DNA of 64,000 bases from Chrysomallon squamiferum (GCA_012295275.1 CM022678.1:19096001-19160000); one strand, 5' to 3'. Numbered from the stretch's first letter, positions 38,728-53,650 are shown. Notes: generated by a model not told the origin, from the letters alone. Translations and numbers: made by a program.

Positions 38728-41218
38728 ATTGTTGTTGTTGTAGTTGTTATTTGCTGCAAACTGTTTCATACAGCTGACATGGTTTTTCTCGATGTGTTAC
38801 TTGGTTCGAATATTTAGCATATTTCTCGAATTTCATGAGAATTAGTCACGTTTTCGTTGACTTTTTAAAATCATATTCACGAAAGTTAATAGCTAAACTA
38901 GTCAGAAAATAAATGAATAAAGTTTGCTTAAAATCTGGTATTTCACATTTCTAAATGCTTTGATCAACCAGTATCTAGTTACACAAACAAGATATTGGCT
39001 GAACGAATGTATACCTTGTTCTTCTATTACTGATGCGTGGTTTCACTTTGTTTAATCACGTTTACTAAATAACATTACCTTATCAGATAACTTCCTTTAT
39101 ATACTTTAGCTAGTTTTGTTTTACCTATTTTTTGAGTTTCAATAAGTAAAGTAGACACCTGATATATATAAAACTGAAAAGGTAAAGCTATCCCAGTTTC
39201 TGACCGTTCGTTTGAAAGTAAGGAACATCCAGCCAGAACGTGTAAGTTTGATTTAAATTTTGTTATTAGGATCAGATACTAAATATTAAGGTTATATTTT
39301 ATTCATTACTTGTGAATTAAAATATTAAATTCATTCATTATATATTCAAGTTATAACTACCAGAAAATGTAATGTACAAATACTCAGGTAGCAAATAACA
39401 CAAACTTCATCTTAGTTCAGAAAAGACAAGTTCACATAAATTGATGCGAAGGTTTTCTGAAACCAACAGGGTTTTGATAGCCTAATGAAAGTTAATATTT
39501 ATAGAACCGTGAAGGAAAAAATAATATTATTATTATTATTTTTATCATTATAACTATTATTATTATTAGTAGTAGTAGTAGTAGTAGTAGTATATATTTT
39601 TTTTACTTTTAAAATCAAAACGCAGGTCATTTCTGAAACAAACACAATACAGCTGTAACTCCTCAAAATAATATAAAAAGAAAAACAAATGCTACTAAAA
39701 ACTGTTTAGTAAATACTTATTATGTCTCCCGCGTCTCTTTACTGTCTATATTTCATGTATATTTCAATGACCTAATTTCGCACACACGTTTTTGTTCCTG
39801 CAGTGTTTCATGTCGCTTATAGGTGCGATATTTTTGATTCATATAAAAGTGATTAACGTGTAGAATTGTTGATCCTAGTGTTTTTGGATAACAAAATCGA
39901 AATATGAGTTGTGTATAGGTTAGGATTAGTTCAAGCGAGGGAAACATGTTTTTTTTTTTTTTTTTTTTTTTTACATAGTCACAGAGTTCAGAAAGTAGAC
40001 ATGATATTTCTAAACGTGTTCGTTGATCCGAATACATGAACATAGCTTATTTTTCTACTTCCACGAAAATTAGTCATGTGTCCTGTGACTTTGTGTGATC
40101 ACGTTCGCCAAAATTAATTGATATATCACGTTTCTAAATATGTTCATTCATCCAGCTGAAGGAATGAAAACTTTAAAACAAGATCTTGTAAATTGACGGG
40201 AATCTTGTTTATTTTTTATTTTTGTAAGGTCAGAACAATGGGAAGGTTTTTGTAAGAGTAAGATTTTGATGGCCTAATAAAAGATTAGTATTTCTTTTTT
40301 TAATTATTATTTTATTTTTTGCATTATTAAATTTAATATTTAGAAACATGTAATTTCGTTCATTATTCTTTGACCCAACCTATGAGGGGTAAGGAACATT
40401 CACAGAGAAAGTGTAAGTTTGATTTAAGTTTTGTTATTACTATCATTATATTAGACATTTAAATAATGTTTCATTCATCACTTGTGCCTTAAAACATATA
40501 ATTATTTATTGATTTATTACAGTTTTTGTTGTTATATTTTAACTGTTATTTTGTCATCTTCTGAAAGATTTTTTTTATTTTATGAGTGCGTTTGTTTAAA
40601 AAAAAAGAAAGATGACTGAATCAGTAACTAAGAATTTTAATCAAACAATCATCTATATATAAGCGACTGAATCAATACTAATAATAATAATAAAATAATG
40701 ATTTGAACTTATCATATTTAGTGTTTTCATCACACGCACATTATCTACATGTTATTAAGACTTTGACCGCTCAAAGTTTTATACAGATATACACCCGTTT
40801 GTTCTGGTTGTTGCACTTTGATCAATCTTGTTGAAATAAAATCGTAAAACGAAAAATACAGTAAGAAGATTTTCAGATATCTAACAATAAGTATTTATTA
40901 TTAATAAAGGACAAAGTACGAAACTAGCTAACATTTAGTAACAGAGGTTGACCTCGTCAAGCTTACTTATTTAACTCATGATATATCTCCGGAAAAACGG
41001 CGGTCCACTACTTTTTGCGCCTCTCGTGTTAGCAGCCTATCAACGGCGCGAAATCGTTGGTTTCCGGAAAAACGTCGCGTAAGGTAAACTTCGTGTTCTG
41101 TTAAACAGTCGGGTTTTTCAGAGACCCAAAAGGTTAAACAACCATTGTGTGAGTCTTCATTTCCAAAAACAACGTGTTAAGTATAACGTGACACCAAAAC
41201 AGACAAAACCAAACATTA

Positions 41219-41283
<65 letters not shown>

Positions 41284-42147
41284 GTATACATGTATGTATG
41301 TGTGTATATATGTATGTACAGAGAGATAGATAGATAGATAAATACTGACGGTTCGTTTCATAGCAAGCTAACTTAGATTTAAGTGTGTTTTCCCGATGAG
41401 ATACTTTACTGTCCATTAAAATCAAGCTATAATTCACGAACAGTTTATTGACTATTAACAGGTATACACTACAAGGAAGTGTAATATACAAACACACAAG
41501 AAAGAAACTACTCGTAAATCCATGTAAATGTTTTGGGAAACGGGACGATGTTGGTGGCATAATACAATTAGTATTTAGATAAGGGTTAGGCGAAACATTG
41601 ACTTTTTTGCTTTTTACTTTATTCCTTTTTAAGCATTTTGTTCTGTGACCCAAGCATAGACAGCTACAATTGCTCAACATTACAGAAAAAATAAAAAATC
41701 CAACTACAAACTAATCTATAAATAACTATTACTTCTCCCCGGTGTTCATACTCGCAATGTTTCTTACATATTTCTGTGACCTAGATTCACACACCCGTTT
41801 CTGTATTATCATACATGGGTTGATAACACTCAAGATAGCTGTTGAAACTAATTAAGAGTGTATAATCTGTAGATGTCGTTGTGTTTTTAGGTTAAAAGTA
41901 GAAATACAGTAATGTTCATATTTATTTGTCTATTTAGTTTTTTTATTACAATATATATATTTTTTAATGTGTTATTTCTATTTCTTTCTCTTTCGATTTC
42001 TTTCTTCGTTTTTTATTTATTTATTTTTTATTTTCTATTTATTACTAGTATTTGCTTCTTATCCATGGCTTTTTAAATGTATGGTGTTCAATACAGATAT
42101 AAGATTTAGAATATTACTAAAACATTTTATTACATACTTTTAGGAAA

Positions 42148-42214
42148 ATGACTGCGAGAAAAGAGCAAAGTACAACATCGATAGATACGGATTTTGCCAG
42201 GACAAATATTGGTG
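42148..42214 (+). CDS. Copy 3, first coding micro-exon (MTARKEQSTTSIDTDFARTNIG + 1 nt)
   Basis: ttttag|GAAAATG, donor GTGAGA at 42215; phase 1 matches the acceptor at 42645-42646. Confidence 0.83.
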
Positions 42215-42401
42215 GTGAGAAATATTTAATCAGGATCCGTATTATGTAGAATTACACGTTGATGTTACATTACTCTGGTTACTTTTATAAACACGTTATT
42301 CTCTCTGTCACATATATCTGCATAGAGATATCTACTTAAAAATACTAGCAAACAACCACACACGTATATAATTATCAGAGAGAGAGTGAGAGAAAGAGGG
42401 A

Positions 42402-42505
<104 letters not shown>

Positions 42506-42646
42506 CGGTAAAAACAATATATTATCATTACTCATCGTCAGTTTAATAAAAAAAATAAAGAAAAATCGAACTTACATCTTTAGAAAAGACTTTCACTTCA
42601 GACAATTCACATCACTTAATTTTTTTGTTATTATTATTTTTTTCAG

Positions 42647-44793
42647 GTACGGATGAGGATATCGCCTTCGAAAAGAGATTACAATCATTTCCTCACTCCT
42701 TTCATCTGACAGATCTCATGTTCTACACAAAAGAGCGCAGAGAAAAACTGCTTAGAAAGTTAGAACACCGGGAAGAAGACGTACCTACTTCAGTGGGAAA
42801 TCAACCAAGTCAAAAGACACACACAAATCGTCGCGACAATTTCATTTCGTTCTTGTTGTTTTTACTAGGAGATCGAGAGAAGGCAATCGAGATAAATTTA
42901 AAAGTGCGTGATTGCGACCCTACTAACATTGTAGCTCGTGCAAATCGTGTGCGATTTCTACTAAAACAGGATAAACGTTCTGCTGAATCAGAATTAGAGG
43001 AATTGGAAAACTTGGAGGGAGACCTGGACAGAATGCGTACTGTAGCTGAAGCTGAACTTGCTTCTTGCTACACTCGAATGTCACCAGCTTCTTATCCAAA
43101 GGCTCTGGATCTGTACAGAAAAGTAAATAAGAAATGTCCAGATGAATTCGAGTGGAAATATCGAGAGGGTCTAACACTTAGACGATTTCTGTCCTTTCAG
43201 AGTTATGCAATTCAATCAGGTGTCGATATTGTTGAAAACGCTGTTAGATGCTGTAAACTGCTACAAGAAGTCAGCAGTGAGGGACCAGAACCATTTAATG
43301 CCATGGCATATGCCGAGCTTGGGGAATTAGCGAAACGGCTTGAATTTGGATGGATGCCATTTGAAGATAGAAAGCTGGTAGAAGTGGTGCAGAAACAGAT
43401 TCGACTGCTTTCGGCTAAGGAATATTTGAATAAAGCTCTTGCTTTAGGCAAAAACAACCCTTTTATACTTGTAAGGTGCGGTATCCATTCCCTAAACACA
43501 AACCAACTGCATAAGGCTGAGAGTATGTTAGAACAGTCAGTTAGTCGTAGGCGAACAACGAAAGATTTTCATCAGCTGGGAAAGATTCTACGGAAAGAGG
43601 CGAAACGAGAAAATAACCCGGAAACATTAGATCGTGCCATTGACTGTCTAAAGGAGGCGGTTGGAATAACGCGAAGCGAAAATTATACTGCGGTTTTAGA
43701 CTTGGCTTTAGCTTACATGAGTAAACAATGCTACGAAGATGCAGAACAGCACTTCAAAATTATAACAGAAAGGGCTAATACTTATACAGATCCATTCCCA
43801 GAAATTAGCGCTTTGAAAAATATGAGTTTTATCTATTTTGAGAAAGGTAACAATTGGAGACTTTCTCCAGAGGAACAGACTCGGCTGAAGAAAGAAGAAA
43901 TGAATTATAAAAGTCTTGCTGTAGAAGCTTCTGCAACAGAAGTACTGTACAAATATCGCACTCATTTTAGAACAGTAACTGATTTGCTGAAACAAACGAA
44001 AGGTCCACGTGGAGTAAAACTACCGTGGCAAGTTAAAGATGTTTACTGTATGATCAGTGAATTCGCCCCTTCTCTTCCGATTTATGAGAAGATTCAGAAC
44101 CGAAATCTGGGATCACAAAACTGGATTGCAATTACAGAGGAATATCTCAACCAACAAAAATACGAAAATGCCAGACTGTGTGTAAGTCTGCTGATGGGTA
44201 CGCAACAAGCTGATCACGTTCCTTCTTCTCTCGTCAGTAGAGTTTACTTGAAAACAGCACAGCAGATCTTATCTAGAGTCGAGTCACCGGGTAAAGCTTG
44301 GTCTTGTTTCAGAAGGATTTTTACGTTCTATTACAAAACGAACAAACAAGATGAAATAAACGGTGCTGATATCATGATTCTCCATGACAAAGACGACGGG
44401 GAAATATCTCAGATTTCAGTGAAGATTCAAAAAATCCTAGAAAACTATACAGGTCTAAAAATCACAAGAAATGATGAACTTGCCTTTGTAGAAATGAATG
44501 AAATATCTTTCTACCAACAACTGATGCCTCTTATTCGATGCGTTGTCGTAGTTGTTAATTCCGATACGCCAAGCGCACACTGGAAACAGGTGATTGATTT
44601 GTCAATAGCAACTGCTACCAAAAATGAGAAGATGATGATTGTATGCTTGAAATCAGGAGAGACTCACCGTGTCACTGAACTGAATAATTTCAAAACAGGA
44701 AAAACTCCACCAGACGAAGCAGACGACAAAGCTGCAGTGGACTGGCTGCTGGAAACTTTTCCACTTCTTGTTAATGCTGACGGCAATTTGTAA
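42647..44793 (+). CDS. Copy 3, main exon: IFIT/TTC22-like TPR + TIR-like protein (~737 aa spliced), apparently intact
   Basis: Acceptor ttttttcag|GTACGGATGAGGAT and an uninterrupted frame to TAA 44791-44793. Collinear with copy 1. Confidence 0.85.
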
Positions 44794-44863
44794 ATTTGAA
44801 CATTTACAGATCTTCACAAGATTTTGAACTGAACTGTATGGATTGTTCGACTTTATTAATGAA

Positions 44864-44937
<74 letters not shown>

Positions 44938-45673
44938 CAACAACAACAATAATAATAGTCGCATGAAGATGATCGGCAAGAAAAACAATTATGCTAATAA
45001 ATATATTTATATTACGATTCCTTCTCCAAAATGCTTGGACTGGAAATGTTTTCGAGTACTGAATTTTTCAGTTTTTAGAATATGAAACGAAGGTAGGAAA
45101 ATACGGTGTCTTTCTGAAATCTAAATCTGTTGTTAGATCGTACAAATATATATAGCTTAAAAATTAAATCTACGTATACAGGTTGTACAGACGGTATACA
45201 CTTATTTTAATATATTTTTCAATAACTTTATGGTTGAAATGAAATTTGTGTAATCTAAATTGTTATATAAGAATCATGGCTTATTTGTAATATAATATAG
45301 AATCTATAATAGAAAATAATATAATATAATATAATATAATATATGTTTTTGTGTATCTGTCTGTCTATATCTATATATAAAGTAATTATGCTTGAATAAA
45401 ATGCTGATTTAGAGAATCCTTTTCTGTTTTTATTGTTTTGTGTGTAATTGTGACTCCAGGTTAGTGAATTGTGTGAATGACAAAATCTTTTTATGTGAAT
45501 AGTTTTTGGTAATTTTGTAATTTAGAGTTGGAAGAGTTAGAAGTCTTATTTTTATGTAAATAGCTTTGTGTGAGGTTACTGTCATCATGTGAAATGTCTA
45601 CACCAACCCTTTGAGTTTTTCACCTTCAAGTGCTTTTTAATAATACAAATTAATAATAATAATAATAATACAA

Positions 45674-45746
<73 letters not shown>

Positions 45747-45955
45747 GTAATAATAGCAATAATAATATAACGAAGAAAAAATTGAAAACAACAATAAAAT
45801 TGACAGCAACAAGGGCAAGAACGGCAACAAGAACAATAAAATCTGAGACAGTTACTACCATTATATATTGGAATGAACAAAGGAAGAATAATAAGGTGGA
45901 AATTAATTTAATTTAAAGCTTTTTTTCATATTTAAATTTCTTTCTAAATAATAAT

Positions 45956-45993
<38 letters not shown>

Positions 45994-46530
45994 CAATAAC
46001 AATAACAATAACAACAATATTAAAATATATTATTAAAGAAATATAAAACTTAAGAAAAAACTAATAATAGAAATAGAAATATCTCACGATCAGACTGATC
46101 TGGAAAAACCCAGTATTTTATTGTTTTAGCAATTTGATTATAAAATGTGCGGGCATGATAACCTGAGAAGCAAGTACATATAATAAGGAGGTGTTGTCGT
46201 GAATGTGTTTATACTGTTGTCAGGAGACGAGGTCATACACACCTCATATAGATTGTTTATCTACTCTTACTGTGTTGACTGTTCTAATTTCAATAAGGAA
46301 AGAAGACACCAGATTTATATTTAAGTGCGCTATGTTTACGTCACGTAGGCTGATAAATGTAAAGAAGTGTACGGAGCTGTTGGGAATACCCAGCTAAAAG
46401 CTAGACATACTTGATTTATTTATTTATTTATTATTCATTTTTGTTAGTGGAAAAAAATATATATCCTTTTCTTCTTATTAGTTTTAATTTTTTTTTTTTT
46501 TTAAATGGCTTTTGCAAACGTAAGGTTTCA

Positions 46531-46596
<66 letters not shown>

Positions 46597-46802
46597 AAGA
46601 AGAAGAAGAAGAAGAAGAAGAAGAAGAAAACTAATGACTCAGAGCAGACAGATTTTTGTTAGGCGTAGAGAAATGTACAATTGAGCCGTAACATAGAAAC
46701 TGAGATCTACACAGAAAAAACAAAACTACAGACACACAGACACATTTATATAAGACGAGAGAGAGAGAGAGAGAGAGAGTGAGAGAGTGAGATACTTTAT
46801 GT

Positions 46803-47200
46803 ACATTGTAGCTCGTGCAAACAGTGTGGGTTTTCTGCAGAAAGAGGACGATCGTTCTTATGAATCAGAATTAATCGAACTGGAAAACATGAAGGGAGAC
46901 TTTGACAGAATGCGTGCTGTAGCTGAAGCTGAACTTGCTTATTGCTAGTCTGAACTAACATCAGCTTCTTATCCAAAGGCTCTCGAGCTGCACCGAAAAG
47001 TAAATGAAAAATATCCAGAAGAACACTACTGAAAATTTGAAGAAGGTCTAACTGTTAGATGATCGCTGTCCCTTCAAAGCTGTTCGTTTCAGTCACCTAC
47101 CGATATCGTTGAATTCGCTGTTAGATGCTAAGAACTGCTACAGGAAGTCGGCAGTAAGGGACCAGAACCATTAAATACCATCGCTCATTCCGGGCTTGGG
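46803..47200 (+). pseudogene. Internal fragment of the main exon with multiple stops
   Basis: Homologous to the IVARAN...GPEPLN segment. In-frame TAG at 46946-46948, TGA at 47030-47032 and further stops; truncated at both ends. Confidence 0.92.
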
Positions 47201-47353
47201 TCATTCTTATGTAATTTTATATCGTATCATTTAACTGAGCGATAGTGATTGGCAGAAATTGCAGCACTAACATTTACTAAAAAGAAGAAATAAATAACAA
47301 TAATAATAATATAATAAAATAAAATAAATAAACAAGCAAACAAACAAACAAAC

Positions 47354-47384
<31 letters not shown>

Positions 47385-48228
47385 GTTAGGTGATCGTAGA
47401 TTCTAAATAGACTGCCTAACCAATCAGACACGACTATTTCCCATGGTGATCACGTGACAACGATAATGCAGCAGCCTGGTCACTCGACACTCAGGTCAAC
47501 TCGACATGTCGATAATAAAATGACTCCATAAAGACAAGACTGGTCCGCCTCAGTGAAAACAAAGGAAGTAAGACTTTATCAAGTTAAATAAGTAAACACA
47601 GATAAGACAAGAAATAAATTATGAATTTCTTTACTAGCGTGTTCGAGTTCACTTGACAATAAAACATATTTAGAATTTTAATACCCTGAGACATATACTG
47701 ACAAATAAACAAAGGTGTACATTGAACGTGCATCGTTCAATGTGGATTCGTCTGGAATTTAACTTGTGAGAGAATCAGTGCTGCGTTTAGACGTATCTGG
47801 ACCTAAGCAGTTAAAGTCTCGAAAGTCATCGTTGATGTGAAATGAAATACATCTTGATAACGATAACACTTGTTACGGAGAGACGGGTGGACCTTTAGTT
47901 TGGCTTCAATAAAAAAAAAAACACACCCACACACCCAGTTTATTCAAGTACACAGAAACACCCAGTGTTTATCTTATTCTTTTCCTAACTGCACACAAAT
48001 TAGTTATATGTACTTTCAGTTTATTTAATCACGTTAGCGAAACAGCTAAATCTAATAAGCATACAAAGTTACCATTAAACTATAAATGTACATGGTCAGT
48101 GCATTGACATGCACTATTATAAAAATGTTCAAACGAAAAAACACATTCAAAATTATGCCTGGGATATAAAAAAGAAATTTACAAAATTGGATCCTAACGT
48201 TTATTGACACCGGTAAAAATTGGATGGC

Positions 48229-48275
<47 letters not shown>

Positions 48276-48296
48276 GAAGAAGAAGAAGAAGAAGAA

Positions 48297-48329
<33 letters not shown>

Positions 48330-48380
48330 AAAAGATTAGGAACGCCTTGTGATCAGATTGAACTCGATTTCCAAATAAAC

Positions 48381-48384
<4 letters not shown>

Positions 48385-48424
<40 letters not shown>

Positions 48425-48485
48425 GTATGTATGTATGTATATATGTATGTAAGTATGTATGTATGTGTGTCTGTCTGTGTGTTTG

Positions 48486-48516
<31 letters not shown>

Positions 48517-48605
48517 GTATGTATGTATGTGTGTCTGTATGTATGTATGAATGTATGTATGTATGTATGTATGTGTGTGTATGTATGTATGTGTGTCTAT
48601 ATGTA

Positions 48606-48637
<32 letters not shown>

Positions 48638-48812
48638 AGTATGTATGTATGTGTGTCTGTATGTATGTCTGTATGTATGTATGTAAGTGTGTGTGTAGAA
48701 ACATATATATGAATATATATATATGTATATATACATATATATCTGTATATATATATATGTGTGTGTGTGTATATATATATGTAAGTATATATATGAGTTT
48801 GTATATATATAT

Positions 48813-48855
<43 letters not shown>
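48385..48855. repeat. Compound (TATG)n/(TA)n/(GA)n microsatellite
   Basis: Directly visible; a shorter paralogous version lies at ~7880-8110. Confidence 0.9.
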
Positions 48856-48857
<2 letters not shown>

Positions 48858-49129
48858 TGAATAAATCTATACACAGAATATATAATATATTGAATTCACG
48901 TAGTCAGTATTTTATTGTAATAGCAATTTGATAATAAAGTGGACTATGTCCTGGCCTGCACACAGATAAAACTAGGAGGTGTGGTCAGAAATGTGTTTAG
49001 ATTGTTGTCAGGCGACAGTGTGATAACGTTACCGTATCAGGTGATATCCCTTGTAGAAGAGATTTCACAATGATTACCTAGTTTCACTGTACCAGTTCTT
49101 GGAATTTCAATAACGAAAGTAGTCGGCTG

Positions 49130-49201
<72 letters not shown>

Positions 49202-49374
49202 CACACAAACCTGAAACTCAGTAAGGCGTGGTTTCTCTATGATTAATCATTTTTACTAAATAACTAAATTTTGTACACAATAATATTTCCGTTAAAGTAC
49301 ATATCTGCTTAGCAAATTACATTTTGATATATAACAGTAATAAGGAATAATTTTAATCAAACACATAAGAAGCA

Positions 49375-49455
<81 letters not shown>

Positions 49456-49595
49456 AAGAAGAAGAAGAAGATGATGATGATGATGATGAAGCACAAGAAC
49501 AAGAAGTGACGGACTTTGGTTACTTCTAGAGATAAGTACAATGGAGAAGCAAAAAGGAATATTAATCAAATATTTTGTAACTTTATTTTAGGATG

Positions 49596-52042
49596 ATGGC
49601 TGCGAAAGCAGAACAAAGCACAGCATCATTACGTAAGGATTTTGCAAGGATAAAAATTGGTAAGAAATACTAGCTACAGTGATAATGAGACATTATGGTA
49701 ATACCATCTTCAGCTGTCATTCTTCTGCTTCTTTTTATAAATACGATATTCAGTAAACAAAATATTTTCTGATTTATTAGCTTTAACCTTTAAAAAAATA
49801 ACAAAAAACAATAAGACGAAAAAAAAAGAAGACAAAAAAAGCAAAACAGACAGACAAACACAGAAAAGAGAAGAAAAATTAGCACTTCATATTTGTAAGT
49901 TCACACTTTTTTCCATTGGCATTGCTTCGCCAACTACTAATTACTTATATTTTACTCTTTAGATGCAGATGAGGACACTCTCTGAAAAGAGACTGGAATC
50001 GTTTCCTCACTCCTTTCATCTTACTGATCTCATGTTCTGCTCAAAACAGCGAAGACAAAAAATACTTGAACTATTACAACGAGAACATGAACAAGCGAAA
50101 CGAAGTTTGATGAACACAAATCGAGACAACAATTTTATTTCTTTCTTGCACTATTTACTAGGAGATCGAGAGAAGGCAATCGAGATAAACCTAAAAGTCC
50201 GTCATCGAGACGCTACTAACATTGTAGCTCGTGCAAACCGTGTGCGTTTTCTGCAGAAAGTAGACGACCGTTCTGCTGAATCAGAATTAATCGAACTGGA
50301 AAACCTGGAGGGAGACTTTGACAGAATGCGTGCTGTAGCTGAAGCTGAACTTGCCTATTGCTACTCTGAACTAACACCAGCTTCTTATCCAAAGGCTCTG
50401 AAGTTGTACAGAAAAGTAAATCAGAACTATCCGGAAGAATACGAATGGAAATTTGGAGAGGGTCTAACACTTAGACGATCTCTGTCTATTCATAGCTATT
50501 CAATTCAGTCAGGTATCGACATGGTAGAATACGCTGTTAGATGCTGTAAACTGCTACAAGAAGTCAGCAGTAAGGGACCAGAACCATTGAATGTCATGGC
50601 GTATTCCGAGCTCGGGGAATTATCCAAGCTGCTTGAATTAAGACGGACTCCATTGGAAGATGAAATGCTGGTAGAAGAGGTGCAGCAATAAACTGGTCTG
50701 CTTTCGCAAGAGGAATATTTCCAGAAAGTTCTTGATTTAGGCAAAGACGACGCTTTTATACTTGTAAGGTTCGCTAACCATTTTGTAAACACACAGCAAC
50801 TGGATGAGGCTGAGAAAATGTTACAACAGTCAGTTAGTCGTAGGCGAACAACGAAAGCTCTTCATCAGCTGGGAAAGGTTCTGCGGAAAAAAGCGAAACA
50901 AAAAGACAGCACGAGAACATTAGATCGTGCCATTGACTGTCTAAAGGAGGCGGTTCGAATAACGCAAAGCGAAAATTATACTGGAATATTAGACTTAGCT
51001 TTAGCTTATATGAGTAAAACATGCTACGAAGATGCTGAACAGCACTTCAAAATTGTAACAGATACAGCCGATACTAATACCGAACCATTCTCACAAATTA
51101 CCGCACTGAAAAATATGAGCTTTATTTATTTTGAAAAAAGTGAAAATTGGAGACTTTCTCCAGAGGAAAAGACTCGGCTGAAGAAAGAAGAAATGAATTA
51201 TAAAATTCTTGCTGTAGAAGCTTCTGCTTCAGAAGTGGTGTATAAATATCGCACTCATTTTAGAACAGTAACTGATTTGTTAAAGCAAACGAAATATCCA
51301 CTTGGGGTAGAAATACCGTGGCAAGTTAAAGATGTCTACTGTATGATCAGTAAATTCGCTCCTTCTCTTCCAGTTTATGAGCGAAATCTGGGATCACAAG
51401 ACTGGATAGCAATTACAGAGGAATATCTTAATCAACAAGAATACGAAAATGCCAGACTGTCCGTCAGTCTGCTGATGTGTACGCAACAAGCTGATCACGT
51501 GCCTTCTCTCGTCAATCGAGTTTACTTGAAAACAGCACAGCAGATCTTATCAAGAGGCGAGTCACCGAGTAAAGCTTCGTCTTGTTTCAGAAGGATTTTT
51601 ACGTTCTATTACAAAACTAACAAAGAAGATGAAATAAATGGTGCTGACGTCATGATTCTCCATGACAAAGACGATTGGAAAATATCTCAGATTTCCAATA
51701 AAATTCAGGAAATTCTGAAAAATTATACCGGTCTGAAAGTCACAAGAAATGATGAACTTGCCTTTGAAGGAATGAATGAAATCTTTTTCTGCAAACAACT
51801 GATGCCTCTTATTCGATGCATTGTTGTAGTTGTTAATTCCGATACGCCAAACCCACACTGGAAACTGCAACAGCAACTGCTACCAAAAAAGAGAAGATGA
51901 TGATTGTAAGCTTGAAATCAGGAGAGACTCACCAAGTCACTGAACTGAATGATTTCCACCAGAGGATGCAGACGACAAAGCTGCAGTGGACTGGCTGCTG
52001 GAAACTTTTCCACTTCTTGTTAATGCTGACGTCAATTTGTAA
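49596..52042 (+). pseudogene. Copy 5: full-length pseudogene (exon 49596-49659 MAAKAEQSTASLRKDFARIKI; exon 49963-52042)
   Basis: Splice sites are intact (GTAAGA at 49660, AG at 49961-49962). Lesions: frameshift at ~49980 (spliced frame GAC ACT CTC TGA), CAA>TAA at 50689-50691, a 12-nt deletion (KIQN), a ~13-nt deletion at ~51865 and a ~16-nt deletion at ~51955. Confidence 0.92.
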
Positions 52043-52821
52043 ATTCGACAATTTGTAAATCCTAAGTAGAAATTGAAATGAACTGCATGAATTGTAAACC
52101 AGAATAATAACAATCATGTTAATGATGATGATGATAATGATACTACTACTACTACTAGTAGTAGTAGTGGTAATAATAATAATAATAATAACCACTTGAA
52201 GGTAAACAACAACAGGAACACAAAAATTATACAACTAATTACAGTTATGTTAGGATCCCTTCTTAAAAAGTTCTAGGACTGGAAATGATTTCCGTTACTG
52301 AAGAACAAGATAGTAAATGGATGTTACATGTATATATATGTATAGCGTAGAAAAGAAAAATATAGAGGATGTACAGACGGTGTGCAGTTATTTTAATGTT
52401 TTTTAATAACTTTGTGCTTGAAATGAAATTTGTGTAATCTAAAGACTCAAAAGGACGATAATAGTAGAATCATAATAATAACACAGCTTTCCTAAAATTT
52501 AATATAATATAAAATAATATATATTACGTGTCTCTCTCTCTATATAAAGTAATTATACTTGAATAAAATGCTGCTTTAGAGTATCCTTTGTTGTTTTTAT
52601 TGCTTTGTGTGCAATTGTGCCTCCAGGTCAGCGAATTGTGTTAATGATAAAATCTTTGTATGTGAATAGTTTTTGGTGATTTTGTAATTTAGAGTTGGAA
52701 GTGTAAGCTGTTTTAATTCATCCTCATTTTACATAAAGAGCTTTGTGTGAAGTTTCTCTTATCGGGTGAAATGTCTACACCGACGTTTTGACCTTTTCAT
52801 CTTAGTGTCTATAATAATAAC

Positions 52822-52876
<55 letters not shown>

Positions 52877-53511
52877 TAATTGTAATTGTAATGATAAAAC
52901 GAAAAAGAAATAGAACAACAATAAAAGTGACATCAGGTATGAGAATAACAATAATAAGAACCGTAAAATGGGGCACTTTTTCTACTGCTACTATTACTAC
53001 TACTACATCATTGATAATAACAACAACAACAACAATAATGAGGTAATGAATATAATTTAAATTAGAAATTTTTTTTTTCGTATTTAAATGCGTTTCTATT
53101 TTAAAATATAGAATCAATATGTAGGACTAAAACACTACTACTCCTACTACTACTTTTTATCCTATCACTGCTGCTGCTATTAACAGTTCTACAACTATTT
53201 CTGCCACAACTACTGATGATAATAATGGTTGTTACGTAATTAAATAAAAATTAGCAGTATCCTGATTTGTTAAGGAATAACTTTCCAGTCCACTTTCAAA
53301 TCCTGATGATCTGAAAAAAAATAAAAATAAATAAAAATAAAAATAAAATGATGTAAATGAACGAATCTGAGTATCAGTAGTACTAATGCGATTTATCAAC
53401 AATAAATAAATATTAGAAAGATAGCTAGATGTAGATCGTCTAATAAAGAGAGAGACGTAGACAAGTTGGTTTTATTGTCTTTTGTCATCGTGAAAGAAAA
53501 CCACATAGAAA

Positions 53512-53650
<139 letters not shown>

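Noticed and set aside
42625-42646. ORF-track N-terminus MLLLFFSG resembling a signal peptide
   Set aside because: It is the intron polypyrimidine tract read from a TTG; the real N-terminus comes from the 42148 exon.
49963-51900. Two separate genes (242 aa and 360 aa)
   Set aside because: They are in the same frame, split by one CAA>TAA change, and are parts of one pseudogene.
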